Numbered from the stretch's first letter, positions 1 to 14,149 are shown. The stretch is 64,000 bases of DNA from Haliotis rufescens (GCF_023055435.1 NW_025963779.1:67456001-67520000); one strand, 5' to 3'. Notes: a model not told the origin generated them from the letters alone. Numbers and translations are program-made.

Positions 1-770
1 TACGCATAACGGAACGGATGTGAAAGGAGGGGAGCACAATTGGGGAGGCCTGTTTCTTGTCTAAATGTCTTATCCCAATATTTCACATAGATGTCATCGA
101 TGAGGTAGTCCAGCATTTCACATATTGTTTAATTAACTCAGTAAGCTTTAGAGAGCATTTGTTTTCATTTTTGACACATTGTCCCGAACATTTTGAAGAA
201 AGAGATTAACTATATCCATCATCCCCACGTTCAGTAACAAATGCCCCATGGATCAAGGAATGAGTTGTTTCCTAATGTTCTTCGTGTGGAATAGTGGTGT
301 ACAAAGTTGAAAAATCAAATGTTTTTACATAATGGAATTTGGTTATTTTTCGGGGATTGCAAAAGAAACACACAAATGGACAAAGAAACACGCAAAGAAA
401 TCACAATAATCTGAGCTCAGATGCGTTGATGGAAGACGACTTTGTCCTTTTCAATACTACCAGTTTCTCTTTACTTGTAACAACATCAAAATATATTCAT
501 AAGGCTGATTTAAGAGGGTTTCATGATGTGACTGTTCAGTATTTGAACATGAGCAGGTCTTTGACCAAGCTGGTTTTACTTAGATGTTTTGTTCACAGAA
601 TTTCTCTTGAAGTTAGAAAAACACACTTTTCTTCCTATGTAAGCCATACATCTGCACTTCTCATAGTTAGAATTCCCATTGAAGTTGGCAAAAGGTTCCT
701 TAATGCCTCGTGTAAGCCATACTTCTGCATTTGATCATGTCATAAGTCTACAATTTGCATGAGGTTTAAG
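1..770 (-). pseudogene. Degenerate Penelope-like element (PLE) reverse transcriptase fragment
   Basis: Minus strand near 130->1 reads ICEMLDYLIDDIYVKYWDKTFRQETGLP-NCAPLLSHPFRYA, matching the PLE RT block ..FLIDNIYVxFGxxxFRQxxGIPMGTNCAPLLADLFLY; frameshifts and stops. Confidence 0.75.
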
Positions 771-3319
771 TAAGAAATTTGAAGAAGAAAATCGTATCAG
801 CAATGAGTAGAAACCTCTCGTGAATGCTGTCAACAATTGAAACCGACAGGTTAAGGTGACGTCAGCCTGGACTAACTTGATTCATGTGCTAGCTTCTGTT
901 GAAATGTAATGTTTTTCCTTGCAATGCTAATTATTGTAACGTGATGCTTGATATTGCTCATGCTCGTTGATAATCCTTTACCAGGGCCAGGGTCTTCTTG
1001 GATTTGTAAACCCTGAACGGTGTTTATGAAATCCTTTATGCATAGTGTCATATGAGACTATTTCCTATCCCTGACTGATGATAGTAATTATGAGATGTTG
1101 TTAAACGTGGAAAAAAAATAATGACACTATTATAACACCATTATTCGCAATTTTCTTTGAGACAAACATTTCTTAACCTAATTAATCCGCTATCTGTCAA
1201 AGTCGGAATATGAATGATTACTCCTTTTATTACCCAGTTATACTCGTGACATATATATGAGCTATAATTCATGATATTAGCAATTACATAAAGGCACAGA
1301 CTGTAGTTCATTACTGCCCTAATTACACAAACTATAAAGTAACAAATGTAGACTTTTCATTATTGTCAAATTATCCAGTAGTATGTCATGTTCCTTTAGC
1401 AGATTAAAAGAATTTGCACAAATAGCATATTGAAGCACTAATAGTACTAGTGTATGTAAGTACTAACAACGACGGGTGCCAATGGTGGGGAAGGAAACGC
1501 TCACCTTTTGGCGAACATCTGATATCATCACTATTTGATTGTGATTCATGAACGGACGCTTTGGATATAGTCGGAATCGTACAATGGGCTCTGCTTTTAG
1601 TAAAGATTTCTTACTATACATGCTTACCCTTTTCGCGAACACCGGGTGTCATCCCTGATTTCCAGTGATCTATTCATATAACTTACACTGCTCTTAGCAT
1701 TTTGCGCCCGATGGAATATGTAAGCATTTGTTGTTTAACGCCCCTCTCAGCAATATTCCAGCTTTATGACGGCGGTTAATCTGTGAGCACTAACAGCGTG
1801 TGTGAACATATTTTGAACATAAACACCATAGGAAACTATTGTGAGAAGTTAGGATCCTTAAATATAAGTCTGCATCATGCATGATTCAGCGACGATAGCA
1901 TAAATGATTTGTATACATTGGGTATAACCTCTAAGAAAACAAATACTGTCTCTGGGCAACGCCAGAGAACAAAAGCTCCATCACAGAAATCCAAGTGAAA
2001 ATACTTCGAAATCGTGTAGTTAAAGGGATGACAAAAGATCGACCTAGACATAAATACTCCAACATTCGTCAACCGGAACGATCTAATCTGATTTCCTTCA
2101 ACCGGTCATTATCAATGCCATGAGAATGGTATATTGTGTTACGAGTTAAAGTCAATAACAGTGAATAGACATGTCTGGTATTGGCTGACAGAACGCTACC
2201 AAGACGGCATTCATATGCACGTTCTTTACATTAATTCATTTTCTTAAGCAATTCTACATTAAACTCTTTAATTGGAGTGATTCAATTAAGGAAAACGTTC
2301 CATGATTTCGAGGTATATTTAACTTCAAGATCAAATGTTGTACAAGAAGGTCATTCACGAGTACAATTTAATGCTTTGTTTGTGACATTTATCTGTGATC
2401 CTACGTTATAAAATATGTGCTTACAAATTAGTAAAACTATAAACTAAACTGTTATTAATAAATTCAAGAGAGGTTAAAGAGCAGTAGATATAACTCTACT
2501 TGTTTCGCATGACAATCACGACAGTAACATGAAAGGGTCGGGTTTCTTTAACTCCGTCGGATTAGTATATATTTTAATGTCCAGAAGCTAATATTAAAAA
2601 GACTTCTATGACCTTGCTTCTTCTCATATGTTCGTTCTTTGAAAAGTTAAACGTACACACGTACCTGAATATCTTTTTTACATTATGCTGTTATACACCC
2701 GTATCGGCCTGTGAACAGAGGGCAAATGTACACGAATTGCACTGGTGTACGTAGCCATACTGGAATATATGAGTCCGAGTTCCATCTTGATATTTACAAA
2801 GTAATAGTTTTTAGAGGGGCAATTTCGTATCTAATTTCAGCATCACAATAATCTCTTGTGTTAGGTTTTGGAAAAAGCGAGCTCCTTCTAACAAGGTGTG
2901 AGAGTAAATATGCGTCTGTTCCATATGTCATATTGATTTTGAAATTTGAAAGGAAGAACATTCTTCTTTTAGATGCATCAGCAGCATGTCATCTGCGTCA
3001 ATACAGGGCAAGATGAGAGATACATAACTCAAAGTAATAACCGTGTAGAAATCAAGTAAACAGAACCTCATGGATCCGTCTTCAATTAGACCTGATTTTT
3101 GTGAGATCTTAGTAAAAAAATGTAAAAACTTACTTTGAAGTACATGTATGTGTTCATATGTCAGTCACTTCAAATAAGCTACGATGAAAGTCATTTCCAA
3201 TAAATCAACTTGATAGTATCACAGACACTGTGAAAGTTACAAATTACTTTCATCTGTATAAGAAAGATTAATTTAACACCGTACCTATAACATCGCCATG
3301 AGATAAGTTACTGTACCGT

Positions 3320-3369
3320 ACCTTCCGCTTTCCGGGCGGACCCTCTATCACTAGACCACGGAGGCGGTC
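3320..3369 (-). mobile_element. tRNA-like head fragment of SINE family A
   Basis: Reverse complement gaccgcctccgtggtctagtgatagagggtccgcccggaaagcggaaggt is nearly identical to the heads at 6004, 10214 and 49373. Confidence 0.75.
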
Positions 3370-4355
3370 CAGAAGAAGATGAAGAAGAAGAAGAAGGAGT
3401 GAAGAAATGTCATCAAACGCACGAGTTATCCTTATCATTTGCTGATTAGAATGTGAAGATTTGTTAACCACAGCACTTTTACCCCATGCCCTAATAATGT
3501 GGTGTAATTATGATTGCTACAGTCGGAATCGTACAAACGACTCTGATTTTAGCAAATATTTAGTTTGATTATGGAAAAGGTGTGTCGCCCTTATTTACAC
3601 GTCAACTCCCACAAACAATCTACATAGTGGTAGCGACACCATTGTTGTTCTATTGTAATATATAAAAGTGACAGAACCGTTTCCATATTCATAAGAAATC
3701 TCTACTACAATCAGATCTCTTCGCTAACCTCCTCTTTCTCTGGGGCGATGGGAGTAGCCTAGTGGTTAAAACGTTCGCTCGTCGTGCCAGTGTTGGAGGA
3801 GTGGGTCACTCCCTAGGACCAAATCAGTCAAGAGTGATTCCATCCTGCAATCAAATCACTCCCCTAAGGATCATAACGCTCCCCCTTTGCAGGATGAAAA
3901 CACCTCCCTTTTTGCATACTGTATTGTCAATAGGCGGCGACCTACACTAACAAATCACATATACAAACATTAAAATTGGCTATATATACCGTTTACATAC
4001 TTCATGTACACGTAAAGATTTAATATCCTTAAATACCCAATAACTTGAAAATTCCACTAAATATTATGCGCGATAAAATAAGCATTTTAAGATATAAATT
4101 TAAATAAACGCGGTAATTCCTTTAAGGAATTGACATTTTATAGTGTTAAATACAACATTGTACCAGTTACGCGCTTCTACTTATTGTATTATTCAATTGT
4201 AAGATAAGTAAAAAGAGACACAACTATGTCTTGTCAATATACTTCTAGGCCCATTAAAGGTTATTAAAAACATGTATTTAATCTATATGCAAGTGTAGAG
4301 TTCATTAGTCATAAACTCCATCTGTCATTTGTTTTTTATGGAATTAGTGACGATA

Positions 4356-4598
4356 GACCCGTGAAGATCCGGGTTAGAACTTCAGCAACCCACGCTTGTC
4401 GTAAGAGGCGACTAACGGGATCGGGTGATCAGGCTCAGTGACTCATGATCAGTTGATGAATGTCATTGTATCCCAGTTGCGTAGATCGATGCTCATGATG
4501 TCAATCACTGCATTGTCTGGTCCGGACTCGATTATTTACAGACCACTGTCATACAAGTGGAATATTGCTGGGTATGACGTTAAAGAACAAACAAACAA
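4356..4598 (+). mobile_element. SINE-like family B (gacccgtgaagatccggg head, (caaa)n tail)
   Basis: Aligns end to end with copies at 13799 and 37977(-) and partially with 29412(-); tail ggaatattgct...cgttaaa + (acaa)n. Confidence 0.8.
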
Positions 4599-5646
4599 AA
4601 GTAATGTTTGACTTAACCCTTCTTAATCCTTAGTTTTTGTTACTTGTAGACCATGCCATTCAATAATAGAATTACGTTTCATATATGAATCATGCATCAT
4701 TGGCGAGTTTTCTGTTTTCCTTGACACTGTGGGTTTAAGACAATACGTGATTGCTTGTAGTGTGTTTCTGACAGTTAATCTTCTCACAAACGGATATCCG
4801 ATTGCTTCAGAGAAGAGACGATGCATTGCGAATTATTTGATTATTGATTTGAAATATTGATTTCATACTTATATAGTACAATATTTCGTTCATTTTATGT
4901 TTATGGTCCTCGGCCCATCCCCTTCCCAAGACGCATTAATCACAGCACAAAGAACACCCACTCTAAAATGTTTCAACAGTTAAATTCGCTGACGACATTT
5001 CATGTTGGACATCATCAAAATCAATAATACAAGCACAAAAACAAACTCAAACTTGAGCAAATGTCTACCCTCTACCCCGCGCCCCTCGTGTTTTATTGTA
5101 CGATAAACAACTCCCACTCGTTTATTTCTTAAATAAAACATAATCATCTATATATATTTATGTATACGTGTAAATATTTTAGATGAGTTATTTTTCAATC
5201 ATTTTATTTAATTCAAATAAACTAAATTAACATTATCTTTAACAGCTGCCGAATCATACATCATTAATTTAGTCTTCACTGGAAAAAAACCCCATCTGAC
5301 TCATGCTTTTCTTTTACTCTGGTTAGTTGCAACAATTAAGCGCGGTTAGTTTGAAAAGAAGAATGATACAACTTCTTGAATGAATTTCATACTAGTAAAA
5401 CATTATTCGTAAACATGTGAATGTCACAACAACACCACATACACACATGATACAGTGGTAACACCCCTGTTGATAATTATTATGAGATTTTGTATCCCTT
5501 TTGAGTTATATTTTTTCCAAATAAATAAATGTGTATTTTGCATTCCTTAAAGGGAAGTGATTTGACCCTGTGGGGGATTGATTATATCCTGAAGTGTTTT
5601 GATCCTGAGAGGGGAGTGATTGGATCCTTGGATAATTTCACTCTAG

Positions 5647-6004
5647 GTGAGGTGAGGTGAAATTGGGTTTAACGTCGCGTCCAAGATTATTGCACTTATA
5701 TAGCGACGTGCATGCACGTGTATGTGTGTGTGTGTGGCTGCTTGTACTAGTCCGGACTGATGCCGATTTATAGTGCTAGCTCACTGAGATACCATGCCGC
5801 AGTTTAACATGAATACCCCACTCAGACACAGTATACTGACTCCGAGCCGACCAGTCCTTGTTTTAGCCCTTTAATGACGAGCGCCAGACAGGGTAACAAC
5901 AAGTACCATCTTTTAACGTCTTTTTGTATGACGCGGCCCGGGATCGAACCCCGGACCTTCCGCTCTCCGGGCGGACGCTCTACCACTAGACCACGGAGGC
6001 GGTC
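5647..6004 (-). mobile_element. Full-length tRNA-derived SINE family A with TSD
   Basis: A box tggtctagtgg, B box ggttcgatccc, (cacct)n tail; perfect 14-bp TSD taatttcactctag at 5633-5646 and 6005-6018. Confidence 0.9.
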
Positions 6005-8354
6005 TAATTTCACTCTAGAGTGTGTCCCTTCTGGAATCATGTCGCTCGTGGGTGATTCGATCTTAGGACGAAATCATTCTTGAGGGACATTTAGCGGGGT
6101 GACCTAATCATGCCACACCGGGTTCGATTCTCCACATGGGTACAATGTGTGAAGCCCATCTCTGGTGGTCCCCGCCGTCATATTGCTGGAATAATACTAA
6201 AAGCGGCATAAAACCATATTCATTCATTAATTTATTCTTCTTTCTCCAGAGAATCTAGAAAGTGTTTCTTAAAATGTCCTTTGATCCTTTAAGAAAAAGT
6301 TTATCTGAAATCTTTTTTGACTCGGGTCGATAAGAATATTGGATAAGGAGCAATTTCAGTTATATAGATATTGGCTAACTGTACCTGACACTGTATAGAC
6401 AATTCTACGTAATGCTTTACACCATCAGTCTGTATTATACATTAACGTAATTTAACTTCATAGTTTCCGTTGCCGATCAGAACAACTGGAACTTCGGTTG
6501 AGAAAACACTTTCATAAGACGAGACTGTATCTGATGAATATAAATTACATTTTAGAACTGGTGGTGTGTTTGAAATAAAGAGTTTTAGAGTAACCGAAAA
6601 ACTCTAAGGCAATCGTTTCATGTTGATCCGTGTGAAGATTTTCAATTTCGAATGCCACAGAGAAGCATTTGCACTGAATACAATCTCAATTGAGAAATCT
6701 CTATTAACAGGGTCCATTATACGATTCCTACAAAAGCATAAGCATGTGTGTATGAATCACTATGAAATAGTGATGATGCCAGGTATTGGAGAAAAGGTGT
6801 TACTCGTCAATAAGGACAATGCAGTTCCTAGGTAAATCATCCGGATGCACATTTTTCCAGATGAACGAGTTAGTTGTATTTGAGTTATGGCAAACTTGGG
6901 ACACGTATATATAAAAACGTCTCCGTCTTAAAGGCGGCTTTTTCAGACAAATAGGGTCCTGACTAACGGAGTTTCACAACACAGCACATGTTCCCTAGGT
7001 ACTCCAGTGCACGAAAAGTCCAAGACACACGCTTGCGTTCTCTTCTAATTTGTTTGGGCTACATTTAATTAATAGATTCAACGGATAAATATTTTTACAA
7101 CTTCAAGAAAACAATCCGACAATTGATTTACTTTACAGTAGGGGTATCTGATCCGCCGAGTTGACCTTGACTCGACGGTTTTGATCTATACGGATTTTTT
7201 GCTAGGAATCGAGTAGACTTTTCAAACTTACAAACGTGCAATACGTGCATTAGAGCATGCTGTATTAACCTTTGACTACAACATGATTTTGACGTTTGAC
7301 GTTTACATTATTTATAGATAACACACACACTCACGCTAACAGAATAATCACCAAAAACATGGAATATCAGTTAAGATGTTAATTAGTCAATTCTATTTTG
7401 GATGAAGTGTAAGTATCTGAAAATTTAGAATAAACAAATCTTTTCTATCTAGTGTTGTGCTAAGTTGCCCTGGCCATCCATTCAAGCAATCTAAAAGAAC
7501 GAATATTATATGAAATACTTGGACAGTTCTCCCCAGTGGTAAAGGGTGTACATAAGAAGCACGCAAAGCTCCTATGGGTCTCCTCCATCATACAAGACCG
7601 TTGAACTCCTATTAATCATAGTGATTCATTAGTTTCTTGGGAGGATTTTCATAAATCCTACAGCCACTTCTCCCTAACATGAAGCGTGTATTCCTATAAA
7701 CCAGGCTATTATCGCCGTCTAATAGAACACTAACAGATTGAGATGGGCGATTATGTGTGTTTTATCTACAACGCTATAAACAAAGCTACAAACATCCATC
7801 CAGATGGGCGTCTCCTGTTGAGAATCGGTTTGAAAAGATTCACATAATCCACAATCAATGTGCTTCATATGTGTTTTTAGTCTCTTAATATTTTATCGGA
7901 TTAGCTATTTAATTTAGGCTTTAGTTGGAACATCGACACAGTTTAGGAGAGAATAGTGTTAGGTCTGAAATTTGCATGAAGCATTTACAAGTAACATTTA
8001 AATATTGATGATATTACCTATGCATGAAACAACAATGCTTCTTAAAGGGCTGTTTCAAGTCCAATTGTTCACGATCACCTGGTTTCATTACTGCTAGTAT
8101 GGCGATGTTTGCTCATGGTATCTGCTGCAAATGTGACAAACACAGAACACAGAGTTTGGCGGAAATTGATATTTAGATTTGGTGTTTAGTTTTAGAACAC
8201 AATCATCAACACGTTTAGAACTAAACATGTCTAGCATGTGTACCCAAACAAATTGTACAATTTTAATTTAATATACAATATGATTATCATTATATTTTCA
8301 CACCTTCCACCTTAACTATAGCTGTGTCAAATGTTGAGCCGGTGTCATCATATT

Positions 8355-8522
8355 NNNNNNNNNNNNNNNNNNNNNNNNNNNNNNNNNNNNNNNNNNNNNN
8401 NNNNNNNNNNNNNNNNNNNNNNNNNNNNNNNNNNNNNNNNNNNNNNNNNNNNNNNNNNNNNNNNNNNNNNNNNNNNNNNNNNNNNNNNNNNNNNNNNNNN
8501 NNNNNNNNNNNNNNNNNNNNNN
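8355..8522. other. Assembly gap (N run)
   Basis: Run of n; the sequence after it (aacccaattgcacctcacc) matches the family A SINE tail, so the gap probably hides a SINE. Confidence 0.95.
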
Positions 8523-9165
8523 CCAACCCAATTGCACCTCACCTAGCTTAAGGCCTTGGACATATTACATGGTCCTTGTAGGTATTGTCTTTATCTGATA
8601 ACACTTTTCTTTGGCGACTATGCGTCAGATACTATTCTCTGAATCAGTGGTTGATCCAGATTATATATTAGATCGCGCGAATCAGTTGTTTAAGTTGTTT
8701 AAACTGTCTGTACCATTTGGTTATCTGTCCCTCTCTTCTTACAACGACGAAAATGGATACCCGGAGGGTTGTGATTAAAGACTTGATGAATCGTTTTTAT
8801 TTATCAACCTTATTGACTTAACAGTATATCTATGTATGAAAATAAGTCAGAATACATTCGATCACGTCTTTGTAAGTGTGTGTCTGTCTCGTTACCAATG
8901 GAGGAAGAGTAGGATCAAGGTCACATCAGAGATAACAGAGTTGTAAGGTTACAAATCATTGCTCAAAGATCGAATAAATAATTCGACCTTTCGAACCTAC
9001 ACCAGTTCTTGTGCTCGTATCTTCCCTCAGAAGCGCAGATAACGCATAATATATACCCTTTGACATGACCACAGTACCAGCGTCAGAGTGGATTTAAAAA
9101 ACGCATCAATCATGTTACGCTTTCATAACAACAATAATGACGATAATAAATACTAATGTAGACTT

Positions 9166-9990
9166 ATGGAAATCTGGAGTTCAGAGCTGAACGCTCGCAA
9201 TAAAGTCAAAGCCACAAAAACTTATGCTCTATCCGTCCTTTCGTATTCTTTTGGTGCTGTTGATTGGACGAAACAAGAAATTCAGCGTATTGACATCCTC
9301 ACACGAAGAATCATTTCAGACAATAGATCCCACCACCCTCGCTCTTCCCTCAATCGCTTTCATTTACCATTTATAATGGGATGGCGTGGTTTGATTAACG
9401 CGGAGGCTCTTCGTGGTTGAATTGTATTGTGCACTTTTGTGAAAGTTTATTTGTCTGATGATCCTCTTGTGAAGCATGTCAATGTTGATTTTGTTGATTG
9501 TTCTGTACTGCTGGGCGGTACAGAAATGTGTGTCAACCAAGCTCAGATGTTTCATATCAAATCAACCCAGAATCAGTTTTCAAGGAGAGGCTGTCTGAAC
9601 GACTACTGCATCGAGTCTATTTGCAGTGGGTTGAGAGGGTCAGCAACCCTGCAGAGTCCTTCGTTTGGATGAAGTCGGCTGGCCTAAAATGTGAAACAGA
9701 AGGCTTTCTGTTTGCTGCTCAGGACCAATCACTTTCCACTCGAAATCGTTAATGTGTGATTTTGCATCAAAATGTAATATGAATAATATGCAATGATTTT
9801 AATGAGGCTGTCCAACACATTGTCAGTGGATGGCCAGCCTTGGCACAAATACAGTATCTTTAACGACATGATGGAGCGGCTCGATCATTTTATAATCGTC
9901 TTCGCGATGTTTGTAGTTTTGACACAGAGGTCCATTCATGGTACGACCCAGAATATGTAGAGGGGGTCATGGAAAATGATAATTATACTC
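9166..9990 (+). pseudogene. R4/Dong-like (RLE-type) non-LTR retrotransposon fragment: RT thumb, Zn knuckle, start of RLE
   Basis: LNARNKVKATKTYALSVLSYSFGAVDWTKQEIQRIDILTRR..HHPRSSLNRFHLP..GWRGL; LKCETEGFLFAAQDQSLSTRN; EAVQHIVSGWPALAQIQYL*RHD; several stops and frameshifts. Confidence 0.85.
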
Positions 9991-10213
9991 AACAACAAAA
10001 GTTCCTGTGACACCAATATTTTGGTGTATTTTTCAAACGAGTAAAGATTGGTTTTCAATATTGTAGTACATTTATGGAATCAAGTCACAAAAACGCAACT
10101 GCTTCAGAAAAACCTGCATTCCATGCAAAAGTTGACTTTTATGCAAGCCCCTTGCATTTCACTACCCAAGAATGGGTATAAAAACTACTACTACTACTAC
10201 TACTACTACTACT

Positions 10214-10549
10214 GACCGCCTCCGTGATCTAGTGGTAGAGCGTCCGCCCGGAGAGCGGAAGGTCCGGGGTTCGATCCCCGACCGCGTCATACCAAAAGAC
10301 GTTAAAAGATGGTACTTGTTGTTACCCTGTCTGGCGCTCGGCATTAAGGGGCTAAAACAAGGACTGGTCGGCTCGGAGTCAGTATACTGTGTCTGAGTGG
10401 GGAATTCATGTTAAACTGCGGCATGGTATCTCAGTGGGCTAGCACTATAAATCGGCATCAGTCCGGACTAGTACAAGCAGCCACACAAACACATATGCAC
10501 GTCGCTATATAAGTGCAATAATCTTGGACGCGACGTTAAACCCCATTTC
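10214..10549 (+). mobile_element. SINE family A (tail runs into gap), preceded by (cta)n
   Basis: Near-identical to 5647-6004; (cta)n at ~10185-10213. Confidence 0.9.
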
Positions 10550-10692
10550 NNNNNNNNNNNNNNNNNNNNNNNNNNNNNNNNNNNNNNNNNNNNNNNNNNN
10601 NNNNNNNNNNNNNNNNNNNNNNNNNNNNNNNNNNNNNNNNNNNNNNNNNNNNNNNNNNNNNNNNNNNNNNNNNNNNNNNNNNNNNNNNNNNN
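10550..10692. other. Assembly gap (N run)
   Basis: Run of n. Confidence 0.95.
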
Positions 10693-10959
10693 ATGGACGA
10701 TACTGTAATTTAGTCATTCCGCCAATCACATAATTTAATACCTGACAAACCAAGAACCAACGGGCATGGCATGACTAAAGGACTCTGTACAGTGAACTGC
10801 GAAATAGAAAGTAGAATTGAATAAGAACGGCTTTGCTGGTTAAATATGAGTATATATAAAACTTCAACGCCCGAGAAAAACAAATTTCATTGAATAAAAG
10901 CGAAAGACACTTTTCCATAAAAATAAGAGCAGGGTCTTTCCATAGTCCACTGTACGATA

Positions 10960-12050
10960 CCGACTACATGTATATCGTAAGCGCGGGTCTATGAATCGCT
11001 ATCAAATAGTGGTGATGCCAAGTGGTGCCATAGTCACGAACACGTGCAAAGGCAAGTCAATTGTTTACCTTACAAAAGTAACATATGGTACGTCATATGG
11101 CATTCTTTTGTCACATATGCGTTAACTTTGGAAATGCCGTCCACATGTCTACTATAAAACATTTTGAAAGCTTAACTTAGGCGTTGAATGTTGTAACCTT
11201 GATCAAACATTCTTTTGAGGAGGAGGCGTACGACGCTCTTTGAAATATTCGTAGAAAGAAAATGCTCGTTTGTACCTAAATAGTTGTGAAATGTAGACAC
11301 GGAAGGCTAGAGCTGCTGGAATATTGCTCGACATAAAGGGAAAGTCATCAACCATTTGAATGCTGAAGGAATCATTCTTGTAATTCAGCCATGTTTTGGT
11401 GTTTGTCAATCTAAACATTTATGCATTGATCTAGATATGAAACAGACGAGGCAGTTGCACTGGTCTCTGTTATTTCTAGTTCAGGTAGACAACTCAGTGT
11501 TAGGGATTTGGCTATTTGACAATTATTGAACCATATCAGACAATCGATAGACACAAGAACAAGTTAAACGTCTGGGCCAAATGCTGGTGTTTTACCAGTC
11601 CGAACAAAACTTCCGATTCATTATACATAAAGGAATAGACCGACAAGGGCCAAATGCTGGTGTTTTTACCAGTCCGAACAAAACTTCCGATTCATTATAC
11701 ATAAAGAAATAGACCGACAAGGGAGGGAGCACGGCTGGTGCCCACAGGGATTCTTACTTCATGCCTTAATGTTATATCCCCAATTTCACATAAATATTAT
11801 CTACAAGTAATCCCAGCATTTCACAAATTGTTTTTTCTTTAGATGACTTATTTGAAACATTTAAGCACATTTGGGCATCAATAGAGGACTCGTTCCACTT
11901 GTTTCAAATATTTCTGTGAATATAAAGAAAACTCTTTCTTGATTGCATTAAGGATTATGGTCAACTATTGAGACAGGGATTTGGTGGCACATTTGCTGGA
12001 CCCCGCAATATCTCTCTCTTTGTGAAGCTTTGAAATCCGGGACAAAAGAC
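10960..12050 (-). pseudogene. Degenerate PLE reverse transcriptase with 3' end
   Basis: IPVGTSRAPSLVGLFLY, SASSVSYLD and FPFMSSNIPAALAFRVYISQLFRYKRA blocks; ~74-bp internal tandem duplication at ~11574-11722. Confidence 0.8.
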
Positions 12051-12415
12051 AAAATCAAATATCTACATACTTTCTAACTATAAGAAATTAAACAGTGATC
12101 ATGAAATATTGCATTTTGTCATGTATTATTTGTGCTATTATTTGGAATCAATTAAGTTACAACAGAATCACTATAAGCAGGCGTGGAAACACACACACAA
12201 GTTTCCAATGAAGTGAATAGCGTATATATTCGCGCACCCCTTACACAGAAGTGAATAGCGCTTACATTCGCACATCCCTTACACAGAAGTGAAGAGTGAA
12301 TATATTTGGACACCCCTTACATGTAAATGAATAGTGCATATATTTGGACGCTCCTTACATAGAAGTGAATATCGCTTATATTCGCACATCCCTTACATAG
12401 AAGTGAATAGCACAT

Positions 12416-13254
12416 TTATTATATACTTCAGTGTGAAAGACTGAGTTTTCTGAAGTTGAGAAAAGTGATATTTTCATTACAGTGAACATAACACTTGATA
12501 TTTCACTGCAGTGAACATAACACCTGATATTTCACTGCAGTGAACATAACACGTTGACGGAACTATGTTGGCCTACACGAGACAGCTCGTACACAAACTG
12601 TTGATTTACGTCAGTTCAACGTTGACAAGTCATATAATGACACATGGTCATTTATGTAGTTAATACCGATTCTTACCGTTTGTTATTTTGTTGAAAATGA
12701 TTTGTATTAAACTGTGAATTTCTCTTCTGATTTGTCAGTCGATACTTTACGTTTCGCAAAGCGACATTTTGTTACTTGAATTGCGTGTATTCTTTCGCTT
12801 CGAACAACCGTCTCATTGATTTGAAATTTATTTTTTGATGAAGTTGATTTTGTATATAATCATATCCAAATTTATACTAAAGAATTTTAGTGACATCAAA
12901 TATTTTTGGTTACTTTTGTTTATATTTTTTAAGATTTAGCAAAAACTACATTTTTAGTCGTACTTACAGGGGGTGGAAAACCGTCCATGTGTGTTATGTA
13001 GGGAGAATTTACGCTTGAAGGTTTTACATTTTTAATGAAATAATTTAATCTTCCTACAGACAACTACACCAAAAGTATATAATAAATAGGATATTTCATG
13101 TGTCGAGTGAAATATCATGTTTCTCTCATCTCGTGACGGAGGGAAAGGAGATATTTTCACGAGTGGCTACGCCACTCGTGAAAATATCTCCTTTCCCCCC
13201 GTCACTCGGTGAGAGAAACATGATATTTCACTTGACACATGATATATCCTCTAT
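12416..13254 (+). mobile_element. Crypton-like non-autonomous element with terminal hairpin
   Basis: Inverted pair ttattatatactt (12416) / aagtatataataa (13073), then ~80-bp-arm palindrome 13086-13254 centred on cacgagtggc-tac-gccactcgtg; cleanly interrupts a minisatellite unit. Confidence 0.65.
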
Positions 13255-13798
13255 ATATTCGCACATCCCTTACACAGAAGTGAACAGCAAATATATTCGC
13301 AAATCACTTGTATCGAAGTAAAAAGCGCATATATTCGCACATCCCCTACACAAAAGTGAAGAGTGCATATATTTGGACACCCCATACATGTAAATGAATA
13401 GTGCATATATTCGCACATCCCTTGCATTTAAGTGAATAGGCATACATTCGCCCATTCCTTGCATTGAAGTGAATAGGCATATATTCGCACATTTCGAATT
13501 CTTACATGTAAGTGAATAGGCATACATTCGCTCATTCCTTACATGTATATTATAGAAGTGAATAGTGTGTATAATTGAACACCTTTTACATGATAGAAGT
13601 AATACCACATATAATCGAGCATCCCCAACATCGAAGTGAATGCCGCAGATTCATGAATCAAACACCCCTTACAATGGAATTGAATAGCGTATATAATCGA
13701 GCATCCTTGCATGTACATGATAGAAATGAATGGCGGGTGTAAACACCTCTTACACAGAAGTGAATAGCGGGCATAATTGAACATCCCTTAAGTAGCAG

Positions 13799-14046
13799 GA
13801 CCCGTGAAGATCCGGGTAGAATCAACAACCAATGCTTACGGTAAAAGGCGACTAACGGGATCGGGTGGTCAGGCTCGCTGACATTGTTGATGCATGCCAT
13901 CGTATCCCAGGCCAATTGCGTGGATCGATACTCATGATTTCACTCACTGGATTGTCTGGTCCAGTCTCGATTATTTAAAGACCGCCGTCATACAGCTGGA
14001 ATATTGCTGAGTGCGGCGTTAAACAAGAAACAAACATACAAACAAA
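13799..14046 (+). mobile_element. SINE-like family B with TSD
   Basis: TSD cctt(a/t)agtagcag at 13786-13798 and 14047-14059. Confidence 0.85.
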
Positions 14047-14149
14047 CCTTTAGTAGCAGTTAAGAGCGCGTTTAATCGCACATCCCTTACACAGTCGTGA
14101 CTAGCGCATAATAACTTGGGTTCGTTGCATACAGTCATGTACTCTGACC

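Larger units (their letters stand above)
3787..6121. mobile_element. Non-autonomous DNA transposon with imperfect TIRs, superfamily unassigned
   Basis: Left end ccagtgttggaggagtgggtcactcc vs reverse complement of right end ccggtgtggcatgattaggtcacccc; subterminal atcactcccc/ggggagtgat motifs; an inverted partial homolog of 3917-4115 lies at ~16825-17030. Confidence 0.6.
3742..6232 (+). mobile_element. tRNA-derived SINE family C, split into 3742-3788 and 6121-6232 by a DNA-element insertion
   Basis: Head ggggcgatgggagtagcctagtggttaaaacgttcgctcgtcgtgcc (A box) resumes 2.3 kb later as gggttcgattctccacatgggtacaatgtgtgaagccc (B box) through the tail gctggaataatactaaaagcggcataaaacc; an unsplit head-body homolog lies at 21950-22050. 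Confidence 0.75.
12205..14092. repeat. 38-bp minisatellite (ccttacacagaagtgaatagcgcatatattcgcacatc), interrupted by two insertions
   Basis: Period 38 (ttacacag at 12241 and 12279); array at 12205-12415, 13255-13790 and 14060-14092. Confidence 0.85.

Noticed and set aside
339-734. 131-aa plus-strand ORF as a gene
   Set aside because: Antisense to a PLE RT relic; no recognisable domain
5930-6004. tRNA genes at SINE heads
   Set aside because: Fused to SINE body and tail with TSDs; no complete acceptor stem seen
8290-8551. ORFs spanning N runs (also 10505-10753)
   Set aside because: Assembly-gap artefacts
10172-10396. Repeated small ORF family (also 5822-6083 and 49323-49764)
   Set aside because: Chance frames within SINE family A copies
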